Assembly (NCBI GenBank): GCA_002729175.1
Contig: PBTS01000075.1
Span: forward strand, 1-12,976
DNA length: 12,976 nucleotides
DNA from: Fidelibacterota bacterium
GTDB lineage: Bacteria; Fidelibacterota; Marinisomatia; Marinisomatales; S15-B10
Reading direction: 5' to 3'
The translations under genes and the position numbers were made by a program. Below are positions 1 to 8,130 of this stretch, one piece after another. Every line of letters starts with the position of its first letter. Position 1 is the first letter of the stretch. The notes beneath the pieces were generated by a model that was given only the letters and a program-made list of their open reading frames with translations, did no database searches and was not told the DNA's origin.

Positions 1-1
1 A

Positions 2-532
2 AATGAGCGACAGATAGCGGTGATACAAAGCGAACTGGCCCGGAGAGAAAACTATCCTGATCTGGTAGTCGGGGTGAATTACACATCTATCGGCAGCGGA
101 GGCATGGCGTCTTCCGCAGATGTCGGAAGTGATGCTTTGGGCGTGAAGGTGGGGTTCGACATTCCCCTATGGTTCGGGCGGAACAGGTCGCGGGTAAAAT
201 CGGCAAAGATTGCTGTCAAAGTTACGGAGGAGGAGATGGCGCAAACCTGGAATGAGGTAGAAGGAAATCTAACTGCAATCATTAGGGAGTCGGAGGAAAT
301 CCAAAAGACTTATCGTCTTTTTGAAGAAACACTTCTGAAAGAGTCTGAACAAATGCTGTCGTCGGCTATGTCAGCGTATGAAACAGGAAAGATAGGCTTT
401 CTCGATCTGCTTGACAGTCAGCGTATGGTAGTAAACATTCGTCTCGATTTTGAAGAGACCAGAGCCAAAAGAGAGACAGCAAAGGCAAAGCTGTTGAAGG
501 TTGTTGGTCTGATACGTTTTGAGGAGGAATAA
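2..532 (+). CDS. TolC/CusC-family outer membrane efflux protein, C-terminal part (5'-truncated by window edge)
   Basis: Frame is open from base 2 (NERQIAVIQSEL...), so the GTG at 20 is not the true start. OEP-type features: YPDLVVGVNY beta strand, GFDIPLW, AYETGKIGFLDLLDSQR. Stop TAA 530-532 abuts the adaptor ATG. Confidence 0.88.
   Translation, partial: NERQIAVIQSELARRENYPDLVVGVNYTSIGSGGMASSADVGSDALGVKVGFDIPLWFGRNRSRVKSAKIAVKVTEEEMAQTWNEVEGNLTAIIRESEEIQKTYRLFEETLLKESEQMLSSAMSAYETGKIGFLDLLDSQRMVVNIRLDFEETRAKRETAKAKLLKVVGLIRFEEE
522..527 (+). promoter_or_regulatory. Shine-Dalgarno for the cusB-like gene
   Basis: AGGAGG 5 nt before ATG 533 and 8 nt before the second ATG at 536. Confidence 0.75.
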
Positions 533-1801
533 ATGATGAAGTATTCGTCAAGATATTCAATACTGATGATTGTACTGGCGACCGTCGCCGCGCTGTCTGT
601 TGGCGGCTGTGGTGGTAGAAAAGATTCGTCCCGCGGGAATCAGGAGGCGGAGGTACAGTTCTATTCCTGCGGCATGCACCCCAACGTGATTCAGGAAGGA
701 CCGGGAAACTGTCCCATCTGTGGCATGAATCTGACACCCATGGGCATTCCTACGGGCGGAACAGAAGAAACTTTCGGCTCCACGGTGAAAATTGACCCCA
801 CTGTGGAACAGAACATGGGCATCCGGACGGCGGAAGTTGAGAAACGGGATCTGACTCAGACGATCCGAACCATTGGCCGAATTGACTACAATGAGTCCAA
901 AGTAGCTCACGTTCACACCAAGTTCAACGGCTGGATTGAGAAGACCCATGCCGACATAACAGGACAACGGGTCAATAAGGGTCAGCCATTGCTTGATATT
1001 TACAGTCCCGAGCTAGTCTCTGCTCAAGAGGAGTATTTTGACGCGTTAAAAAATGTGAGAAGTTCAGGAAATGATGTCTCCGTCGGAGCTGCTAATCGAT
1101 CGCAGACGATCCTTGGTTCTACCCGCCGCAGACTGGAATACTTTGATGTTTCCGGTGACCAGATTGATGATCTTGAAAGAACGGGAAACGTCCGAAAAAC
1201 ATTGACGGTACGCTCACCGTTTGAGGGCATTGTCATCGAGAAACACGCTTTGGATGGAATGGAAGTAAAACCTGGCATGATGATCTACACAATCGCCGAT
1301 CTCTCAGAAATCTGGGTCTATGCCGATATCTATGAATTTGAGTCTCCGTGGGTGAAAGAAGGATTGACAGCCAACATGACCCTTTCCTACGATCCAGGAA
1401 AGAGATACAGGGGAAAAGTGCAGTATATCTACCCGTATCTGGAGGAAGAGACAAGAACCATCAAAGTGAGATTGTCGTTTCCCAATCCAAATCTGAAACT
1501 CAAACCGGGTATGTATGCCAATGTAGAGATTGAGACATCACCTCTCCGGAACGTGGTAGCGGTACCCATGGAAGCGGTCCTCTTTTCCGGTGAAAGGAAT
1601 CTCGTCTTTATTGTGTTGGGAGATGGCCGATTTGCACCCAGGGATATCACCGTGGGAATTGAGAGCGGCGACGGATTCTATGAAGTGAAGGAGGGTCTGT
1701 CTGAGGGGGTTAAGGTTGTTGCTTCAGGACAATTTTTGCTGGATTCAGAAAGCAAACTTCAGGAGAGTATTGCGAAGCTCCTGTCAAAACGAAAGGAATG
1801 A
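533..1801 (+). CDS. cusB: CusB-type RND periplasmic adaptor subunit with N-terminal heavy-metal binding domain; probable lipoprotein
   Basis: Signal peptide ending VGG-C (Cys codon 608-610); YSCGMHP...GPGNCPICGMNLTP domain; CusB-like motifs GWIEK, YSPELVSAQEEY, IADLSEIWV, LKPGMY, SGQFLLDSES. Lies between the OMF and RND genes. Confidence 0.9.
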   Translation: MMKYSSRYSILMIVLATVAALSVGGCGGRKDSSRGNQEAEVQFYSCGMHPNVIQEGPGNCPICGMNLTPMGIPTGGTEETFGSTVKIDPTVEQNMGIRTAEVEKRDLTQTIRTIGRIDYNESKVAHVHTKFNGWIEKTHADITGQRVNKGQPLLDIYSPELVSAQEEYFDALKNVRSSGNDVSVGAANRSQTILGSTRRRLEYFDVSGDQIDDLERTGNVRKTLTVRSPFEGIVIEKHALDGMEVKPGMMIYTIADLSEIWVYADIYEFESPWVKEGLTANMTLSYDPGKRYRGKVQYIYPYLEEETRTIKVRLSFPNPNLKLKPGMYANVEIETSPLRNVVAVPMEAVLFSGERNLVFIVLGDGRFAPRDITVGIESGDGFYEVKEGLSEGVKVVASGQFLLDSESKLQESIAKLLSKRKE

Positions 1802-1825
1802 CCGGTAAGCACCGGAAAAATTGAT

Positions 1826-4800
1826 ATGATCGAAAGAATAATCGAATGGTCAGTTCATAATCGTTTTATCGTCATTTTCGCCGTACTGATCTTGTCACTC
1901 GGAGGTTTTGTGGCCATGTCAACCATACCCTTGGATGCCATCCCGGACTTGAGTGATGTTCAGGTGATAATTCTCACAGAATATCCGGGTCAAGCTCCCC
2001 AGGTAGTGGAAGACCAGGTGACCTATCCGCTCACCACCGCTATGTTGTCTGTACCGTTTGCCAAGGTTGTCCGTGGTTATTCTTTTTTCGGGCTCTCTTT
2101 TGTGTACATCATTTTCGAGGACGACACCGATATGTACTGGGCTCGAAGTCGTGTCCTGGAATACCTGAATTTCGTTTCGGGACGTTTGCCGCAAGGGGTG
2201 ACGCCGCAACTCGGGCCTGATGCCACCGGTGTCGGTTGGGTCTATGAGTATATGGTGGAAAGCGACCGTCATGATTTGCAGCAGTTGCGCTCCATACAGG
2301 ATTGGTACCTGAGGTACGAACTCATGAGCGTCCCCGGCGTGACTGAGGTAGCCAGCATCGGCGGTTATGTGAAGCAGTACCAGGTGGAGGTGGATCCCAA
2401 CAAGCTGCTGGCTTTTAACATTCCTCTCAATAAGGTCAGGATGGCAATTCAGAGAAGCAACAATGATGTAGGCGGTAAACTGATTGAGATGTCGGAGACT
2501 GAATTTATAGTGAGGGGTCTCGGCTATATCCGTTCATTGGATGATCTGAAGAAGATTGCCCTTGGTGTAGATACAAACGGGACACCGATCTTGCTACGCA
2601 ATGTGGCCAACATTCATCTGGGTCCTGATCTCCGTCGCGGATTAGCCGACAGAGATGGACTTGGCGAGACAGTGGGGGGGATCATCGTCATGCGATACGG
2701 GGAGAATGCCCTGAAAGTCATCGAGGACGTGCGCAAGAAGATCGACGATCTGAAATCAGGACTACCGGAAGGGGTAGAGATCATGCCGGCCTACGACCGG
2801 TCTCTCCTCATTGAGCGGGCGATTGATAACCTGAAAGAAAAACTTCTTGAGGAAAGCGTCGTTGTAGCGCTGGTCTGCATCGTTTTTCTTCTCCATTTTC
2901 GCAGCGCCTTTGTGGCTATCTTTACCCTCCCTGTGGGGATTCTCATCTCTTTCCTCATCATGCGCTATCAGGGGATCAACGCCAATATCATGTCTTTAGG
3001 GGGGATCGCCATCGCCATCGGCGCCATGGTGGACGCTGCCATCGTCATGATCGAGAATGCGCACAAACATATCGAACGCAACGGCGGCAAGGGCGACCAC
3101 TGGCAAACAATGATTGATGCCTCTAAGGAGGTCGGCCCCGCTCTGTTCTATTCGCTGCTCATCATCACTTTTTCGTTCCTTCCCGTTTTTTCGCTTCAGG
3201 CGCAGGAGGGGCGTTTGTTTACACCGCTCGCTTTCACGAAAACATACGCCATGGCCGCATCGGCGCTGCTTGCAATCACTATCGTACCGGTCCTGATGGG
3301 ATACTTCATCAAGGGGAAGATTCTTCCTGAGGAGAAGAATCCCATCAACCGTTTCCTGATTCGCGTCTACCGGCCGTGTATCCGGTTTGTGCTGAAATTC
3401 AGAAAGACGACACTAGCCATCGGGGCGGTCGTTCTAGCTGTAACGGTCATACCGGTGAGGAATATTGGCTCCGAGTTCATGCCGCCGCTGAACGAAGGAG
3501 ACTTGCTCTACATGCCGACAACGGATCCCGGAATCTCCATTACTAAGGCAAGGGAACTCCTGCAGCAGACGGACAAGATCATTCGCACGTTTCCGGAGGT
3601 GGAGCGGGTGTTCGGGAAGATTGGCCGCGCGGAGACCGCTACTGATCCGGCACCGCTGAGCATGATTGAGACAACCATCACTTTGAAACAGCAAGACGAC
3701 TGGCCCAGGCGGAAAATTGTGTCACGATGGTATTCAGGCTGGATGCCCCATTGGTTGACAACACCTTTCAGGTGGATCTGGCCAGAGCACCGCGCCGTTA
3801 CCATGGACGAATTGGTGGCAGAGCTGAACGCCGCCATTCAGTTCCCCGGCCTCACCAACGCCTGGACCATGCCCATAAAGACGAGGATTGATATGCTCAG
3901 TACGGGCATCAAGACGCCGGTGGGTATCAAGCTCATGGGGGCAGACCTCGATACCCTCAACACACTTGGAGCAAGGGTGCAGGTGATCGTTCAGAAGCTA
4001 CCCGGCACCTTAAGTGCTTTTGCCGATAAAGTAACCGGTGGGAACTTTCTCGATTTTGAGATCAACCGGGATGAGGTGGCCCGGTACGGTTTGACAGTGG
4101 GTGACGTGCAGGACATCATCCAGTCAGCTGTAGGCGGCATGAATGTCAGCTTCACAGTAGAAGGACTAGAGAGATATCCCATTAATGTCCGCTACAGCAG
4201 GGAACTGCGCGACAGTATCAGCAAGCTAAAACGGGTAATCATCCCGACACCCACCGGCGCCCAGATCCCCATTAGTCAGGTGGCTGATATTCGCATCCGG
4301 AAAGGGGCACCTGTTATCAAAAGTGAGAACGCCAGGCATACCGCCTGGGTATACGTTGATATTTCCGGGATCGATATAGGAACATACGTGAAGCGGGCTC
4401 AGCAGGCCGTGAAGGAGGAGCTCGATCTCCCCGAGGGATATTCTGTTGTCTGGAGTGGACAGTACGAATATATGGAACGGGCGGCGAAGCGACTGAGGAT
4501 TGTTGTGCCGGTGACTCTCCTCATTATCTTTCTATTGCTCTATCTCAATTTCAAGAATGTCACGGAGAGTCTTATCGTCATGCTGTCACTGCCGTTTTCA
4601 CTCGTAGGCGGATTCTGGTTCATATACTTTCTGGGGTATAATATGAGTGTGGCGGTGGGTGTCGGTTTCATCGCTCTGGCCGGTGTAGCGGCGGAAACGG
4701 GAGTGGTGATGCTCATCTATTTGGATCATGCCTACGAAGATAGAGAAAAACAGGGAGAGATGAGATCCTTGAAAGATCTCTACGAAGCGGTCATGGAGGG

Positions 4801-5020
4801 AGCAGTGGAAAGGGTCCGGCCAAAGATGATGACTGTAACGGCTATTATTGCAGGACTGCTGCCCATCCTCTGGGGACACGGCACCGGATCGCAAGTGATG
4901 AAGCGTATTGCGTCACCCATGGTAGGCGGAATGATCACATCTACAATTCTTACATTGCTTGTCATCCCTACCATCTATTATCTGTGGAGATCGGTTGGAT
5001 TGAGTAGGAACAAGGAATGA
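1826..5020 (+). CDS. cusA: CusA/CzcA-family heavy-metal efflux RND permease, Cu(I)/Ag(I) type
   Basis: 1064 aa. DAIPDLSDVQVI, VEDQVTYPL, GPDATGVGWVYEY, TM4 AMVDAAIVMIEN, RVRPKMMT. The three Met equivalent to the CusA Cu(I) site are present (LLYMPT, APLSMIET, RIDMLS). Confidence 0.95.
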   Translation: MIERIIEWSVHNRFIVIFAVLILSLGGFVAMSTIPLDAIPDLSDVQVIILTEYPGQAPQVVEDQVTYPLTTAMLSVPFAKVVRGYSFFGLSFVYIIFEDDTDMYWARSRVLEYLNFVSGRLPQGVTPQLGPDATGVGWVYEYMVESDRHDLQQLRSIQDWYLRYELMSVPGVTEVASIGGYVKQYQVEVDPNKLLAFNIPLNKVRMAIQRSNNDVGGKLIEMSETEFIVRGLGYIRSLDDLKKIALGVDTNGTPILLRNVANIHLGPDLRRGLADRDGLGETVGGIIVMRYGENALKVIEDVRKKIDDLKSGLPEGVEIMPAYDRSLLIERAIDNLKEKLLEESVVVALVCIVFLLHFRSAFVAIFTLPVGILISFLIMRYQGINANIMSLGGIAIAIGAMVDAAIVMIENAHKHIERNGGKGDHWQTMIDASKEVGPALFYSLLIITFSFLPVFSLQAQEGRLFTPLAFTKTYAMAASALLAITIVPVLMGYFIKGKILPEEKNPINRFLIRVYRPCIRFVLKFRKTTLAIGAVVLAVTVIPVRNIGSEFMPPLNEGDLLYMPTTDPGISITKARELLQQTDKIIRTFPEVERVFGKIGRAETATDPAPLSMIETTITLKQQDDWPRRKIVSRWYSGWMPHWLTTPFRWIWPEHRAVTMDELVAELNAAIQFPGLTNAWTMPIKTRIDMLSTGIKTPVGIKLMGADLDTLNTLGARVQVIVQKLPGTLSAFADKVTGGNFLDFEINRDEVARYGLTVGDVQDIIQSAVGGMNVSFTVEGLERYPINVRYSRELRDSISKLKRVIIPTPTGAQIPISQVADIRIRKGAPVIKSENARHTAWVYVDISGIDIGTYVKRAQQAVKEELDLPEGYSVVWSGQYEYMERAAKRLRIVVPVTLLIIFLLLYLNFKNVTESLIVMLSLPFSLVGGFWFIYFLGYNMSVAVGVGFIALAGVAAETGVVMLIYLDHAYEDREKQGEMRSLKDLYEAVMEGAVERVRPKMMTVTAIIAGLLPILWGHGTGSQVMKRIASPMVGGMITSTILTLLVIPTIYYLWRSVGLSRNKE

Positions 5021-5055
5021 GCCTTGAGGAGATTACCAAAAAACGTAAACTATGT

Positions 5056-5085
5056 TTTACCTCTTCTGACTGTTTGTGGTAGAAT
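5056..5085 (+). promoter_or_regulatory. Putative internal sigma70 promoter (extended -10) for the Cu-ATPase
   Basis: TG-G-TAGAAT at 5077-5085. Weak -35 TTTACC (5056-5061, 18-bp spacer) or TTACCT (5057-5062, 17-bp spacer). The -10 ends 6 nt before ATG 5092. Confidence 0.55.
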
Positions 5086-5091
5086 AGAAGG

Positions 5092-7602
5092 ATGCAAGAG
5101 TCTCTGAAAGATCCCGTTTGCGGTATGGCCGTCACCGAAGAGACGGCAGTAGGAATACGGGAATACGCCGGCGTCAAGTACGGTTTCTGTGCTCAGTACT
5201 GCCTCGATCTTTTTGACAGCGATCCTGACCGGTTCGCACAACCCGCTGGAGACCAGACAAGTCGAACAAGTCCAGTCACGTCGGAGGAGCAGTCCTTCAC
5301 AGACCCCGTCTGCGGCATGATCGTGACAGCCGAATCCGCCGCCGGTACCCACACCTATGATGGTGCAGCTTACTATTTCTGCGCCGAACAGTGTCTCCAC
5401 AAGTTCAAAACAGACCCAGGACCTTATCTCGGTAAAGATAATCGTGTCGGGATGGTTCCTTCTGATCACGATGACAGTTCGACGAAATACATCTGTCCAA
5501 TGGACCTCGAAGTGATCCAAGATGGGTCCGGGAGCTGTCCTGTCTGCGGCATGGCACTGGAGCCGATGGAGGTGACCTTGGAGGAAGCGGAAAATCCCGA
5601 ACTTATCTTTATGAGTCGCAGATTCTGGTTGAGTCTTGCTCTGACGATTCCCATCGTAGTCATAGCCATGGGTGAGATGATTTTCGGGCGAGCGTTTGTT
5701 ACACCGTCGGTAGGGAAGTGGCTTCAGTTGATCCTGTCCACAGTGGTGGTTCTGTGGGGAGGCAAATCTTTCTTCCAGCGGGCGTGGACTTCTGTTGTAA
5801 GTCGTAGTCTGAATATGTTCACACTCATCAGCATGGGGACTGGTGTTGCCTATGGGTATAGCCTGGTGGCTACACTCTTTCCCTCTATCTTTCCTGCGAC
5901 GTTTCGCGGTCCGGGCGGTGAAGTAGCTGTCTACTTTGAAGCCGCCGCTATGATCATAACCCTTGTTCTTCTCGGTCAGGTCCTTGAACTGAAGGCGAGG
6001 GAAAAGACCAGCGGAGCCATCAAGGCTCTCCTTGAACTTACGCCAAAGAGAGGGCGGGTTGTCAGGAGCAATGGCACGGAAGAAGATGTCCCCCTTGAGC
6101 TGGTTCACCCCGGCGACAGATTAAGGGTTCGACCTGGTGAAAAGATCCCAGTAGATGGTGCGGTAGTAGAAGGTTCCAGTTCTGTGGATGAGTCTATGGT
6201 GACGGGGGAGCCGATCCCTGTGGAGAAGCGGAGTGGAGATCAGGTTGTTGGGGCCACGGTAAACGGGACCGGAAGTTTTCTCATGGAAGTTCAGCGGGTC
6301 GGCCGTGACACATTGCTTTCCCAGATCGTCCAGATGGTGAGTGAAGCCCAGAGAAGCCGCGCTTCCATTCAGAGAGTTGCGGACAGGGTCGCTTCCTTAT
6401 TTGTGCCGGTAGTGGTTGGGACCAGTGTTGTTACATTCATCGTCTGGGCCTTCTTTGGTCCTGAACCGAAGATGACCTACGCCATCGTTAACACCGTAGC
6501 TGTATTGATCATCGCTTGCCCTTGTGCGCTTGGCCTGGCAACACCCGTGTCCATTATGGTGGGGATGGGCAGGGGTGCCATTGCGGGTGTTCTCATCAAG
6601 AATGCTGAAGCGCTGGAAACCATGGAGAAGATCGATACTCTTGTGGTGGATAAAACCGGTACTCTAACAGATGGCAAGCCGAAAATGGTAGCGGTGGAGG
6701 TATCCGGTGACATAGATGAAAATGAATTGCTGCAGATGGCAGCAAGTTTAGAGCAGGCTAGCGAACACCCTTTGGGAGAAGCTGTGGTCTCTGCTGCACT
6801 TGACAAAGGTCTCAAATTGATGAGAGTCGAAGAGTTTGACTCTGTTCCGGGGAAGGGGATCACCGGCAAAATCGATGGTCACATGATAGTGATGGGGAAC
6901 AGAACACTTTTTAGTGATCTGGAGATTGAATTAGGTTGGTTTGTTGAGAAAGGTGATGCATATCGCCGAGAAGGCGAAACAGTAATGTTCGTGTCAATAG
7001 ATGGCGAGGTGGTGGGAATCCTGACGGTGGGTGATTCTGTGAAGGAGACGGCACCGGGCACTATTGCGAGGCTCCGGCGGGACGGTATTCATCTGGTGAT
7101 GCTAACAGGGGACAACCGGATTGCGGCTGAAGCGGTAGCACGACACCTCGGTATCGAGGAGGTGCATGCTGAAGTTTTGCCTGATGAGAAAAATCAGGTT
7201 ATCGAAAAACTCCAGAATAAAGGTAGAGTAGTGGCTATGGCAGGGGATGGGATCAACGATGCACCAGCATTGGCGAAAGCGGACGTGGGAATTGCCATGG
7301 GCACCGGAAGCGACGTGGCCATAGAGAGCGCCGGGATCACACTTATGAAAGGTGATCTAGTTGGAATTGTCCGGGCGTTGGAACTGAGCCAGCGCACCAT
7401 GCGCAACATTCGTCAGAACCTGTTCTGGGCATTTTTCTATAATTCCCTGGGAGTCCCCGTGGCGGCAGGAGTTCTCTATCCGTTCCTCGGCATCTTGTTG
7501 AGTCCAATTGTCGCTGCCGCGGCTATGAGTTTCAGCTCTGTTTCCGTCATCGGAAATGCACTCCGTCTTCGAAATCTAAAATTTGACAATAAAGATTCGT
7601 AA
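5092..7602 (+). CDS. copA: Copper-translocating P1B-1 type ATPase with two YHS domains and a heavy-metal binding domain
   Basis: 836 aa. TGE actuator motif, intramembrane CPC ([12 protein letters not shown]), phosphorylation site [21 protein letters not shown], and the YN and MSFSS signatures of Cu(I)-type pumps. Confidence 0.94.
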   Translation: MQESLKDPVCGMAVTEETAVGIREYAGVKYGFCAQYCLDLFDSDPDRFAQPAGDQTSRTSPVTSEEQSFTDPVCGMIVTAESAAGTHTYDGAAYYFCAEQCLHKFKTDPGPYLGKDNRVGMVPSDHDDSSTKYICPMDLEVIQDGSGSCPVCGMALEPMEVTLEEAENPELIFMSRRFWLSLALTIPIVVIAMGEMIFGRAFVTPSVGKWLQLILSTVVVLWGGKSFFQRAWTSVVSRSLNMFTLISMGTGVAYGYSLVATLFPSIFPATFRGPGGEVAVYFEAAAMIITLVLLGQVLELKAREKTSGAIKALLELTPKRGRVVRSNGTEEDVPLELVHPGDRLRVRPGEKIPVDGAVVEGSSSVDESMVTGEPIPVEKRSGDQVVGATVNGTGSFLMEVQRVGRDTLLSQIVQMVSEAQRSRASIQRVADRVASLFVPVVVGTSVVTFIVWAFFGPEPKMTYAIVNTVAVLIIACPCALGLATPVSIMVGMGRGAIAGVLIKNAEALETMEKIDTLVVDKTGTLTDGKPKMVAVEVSGDIDENELLQMAASLEQASEHPLGEAVVSAALDKGLKLMRVEEFDSVPGKGITGKIDGHMIVMGNRTLFSDLEIELGWFVEKGDAYRREGETVMFVSIDGEVVGILTVGDSVKETAPGTIARLRRDGIHLVMLTGDNRIAAEAVARHLGIEEVHAEVLPDEKNQVIEKLQNKGRVVAMAGDGINDAPALAKADVGIAMGTGSDVAIESAGITLMKGDLVGIVRALELSQRTMRNIRQNLFWAFFYNSLGVPVAAGVLYPFLGILLSPIVAAAAMSFSSVSVIGNALRLRNLKFDNKDS
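5110..5427 (+). repeat. Tandem intragenic duplication encoding two YHS domains (5110-5235 and 5302-5427)
   Basis: Both 42-codon units read DPVCGMxVTxExAxG...YxFCAxxCLxxFxxDPxx(F/Y). Confidence 0.85.
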
Positions 7603-7657
7603 TCATTATTGAGTTAAACTAGGTTGCTCTCACCTAAAGTGTAAAAAACTTTTTTTC

Positions 7658-7687
7658 TTGACATTTACCTGAAAATATAGGTAGGCT
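7658..7687 (+). promoter_or_regulatory. Putative strong sigma70 promoter for the small-protein pair
   Basis: Perfect -35 TTGACA (7658-7663), 18-bp spacer, -10 TAGGCT (7682-7687). An A/T tract (AAAAAACTTTTTTT) immediately upstream resembles an UP element. Confidence 0.65.
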
Positions 7688-7837
7688 TCAAGCGATTTGT
7701 GGGGAAAATGACCTCGGAACAAAATCCACATTTTTCACTCTGTAAAACTTTCATTAGAATAGTGTTCCCATCTTTGTCTTCGTCAAATGAGTGGACGAGC
7801 GAGATTGGTGCACGCAGTGATTACCAAATAACCTAAT

Positions 7838-7843
7838 AGGAGG
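7838..7843 (+). promoter_or_regulatory. Shine-Dalgarno for small membrane protein 1
   Basis: AGGAGG 6 nt upstream of ATG 7850. Confidence 0.8.
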
Positions 7844-7849
7844 ATCACA

Positions 7850-8077
7850 ATGGCTAGTTTGAAAGATACTTTCTCCACGGTTAGTGGATGGTTTGGCGAT
7901 TTCGTCAGCCTGGGGCTGTCTTTAGCGATGGTCTTTCTCGTAGTTGACGCGCTTTTTGGCGTTGGCACAACGGGAATCGTGGATAATGTGGCTGATCTTG
8001 TAGGGGCTTTTACAGACAATGGCATTACAGGGTTAGTTGCCTTCGTGGTCTTTATGTCTATTTGGGGCAGTAACTAG
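7850..8077 (+). CDS. Small hydrophobic membrane protein of unknown function, paralog 1 (75 aa, two predicted TM segments)
   Basis: Perfect SD; protein-level similarity to the next ORF (SGW, MVxxVVDxLF, GTTG, DNxADLVGxF, GxxG) with diverged synonymous positions, indicating coding selection. Confidence 0.88.
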   Translation: MASLKDTFSTVSGWFGDFVSLGLSLAMVFLVVDALFGVGTTGIVDNVADLVGAFTDNGITGLVAFVVFMSIWGSN

Positions 8078-8130
8078 GTTACTTGTAACCTGAAGCAGGT
8101 TCGTCCCTTCCATGAAGGGGGGGGACGAAC
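8076..8130 (+). other. Intercistronic overlapping inverted repeats / stable stem-loop
   Basis: AGGTTAC-TT-GTAACCT (8076-8091), AACCTG-AAG-CAGGTT (8087-8101), and a 13-bp stem 8099-8111/8118-8130 with two G-U pairs and no U-tract. Confidence 0.6.

Noticed and set aside
20..22. ORF-track start of the OMF gene
   Set aside because: The frame is open to the window edge and OMF proteins are much longer than 170 aa; the true start is upstream.
79..4974. Numerous short minus-strand and alternate-frame ORFs within the cusCBA-like genes
   Set aside because: They overlap strongly supported genes and show no family motifs or convincing RBS.
5050..6108. 352-aa minus-strand ORF
   Set aside because: Antisense shadow of the well-supported copA; no recognisable motifs and an atypical composition.
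7636..7656. AAAGT/ACTTT stem followed by a T-run as the copA intrinsic terminator
   Set aside because: The 5-bp AT-rich stem is too weak; better explained as an UP-element-like tract of the downstream promoter.
5031..7828. GATTACCAAA repeated at 5031-5040 and 7819-7828, flanking copA as possible att or target-site repeats
   Set aside because: A 10-bp AT-rich match is plausible by chance, there is no recombinase or transposase, and the second copy lies within a leader hairpin.
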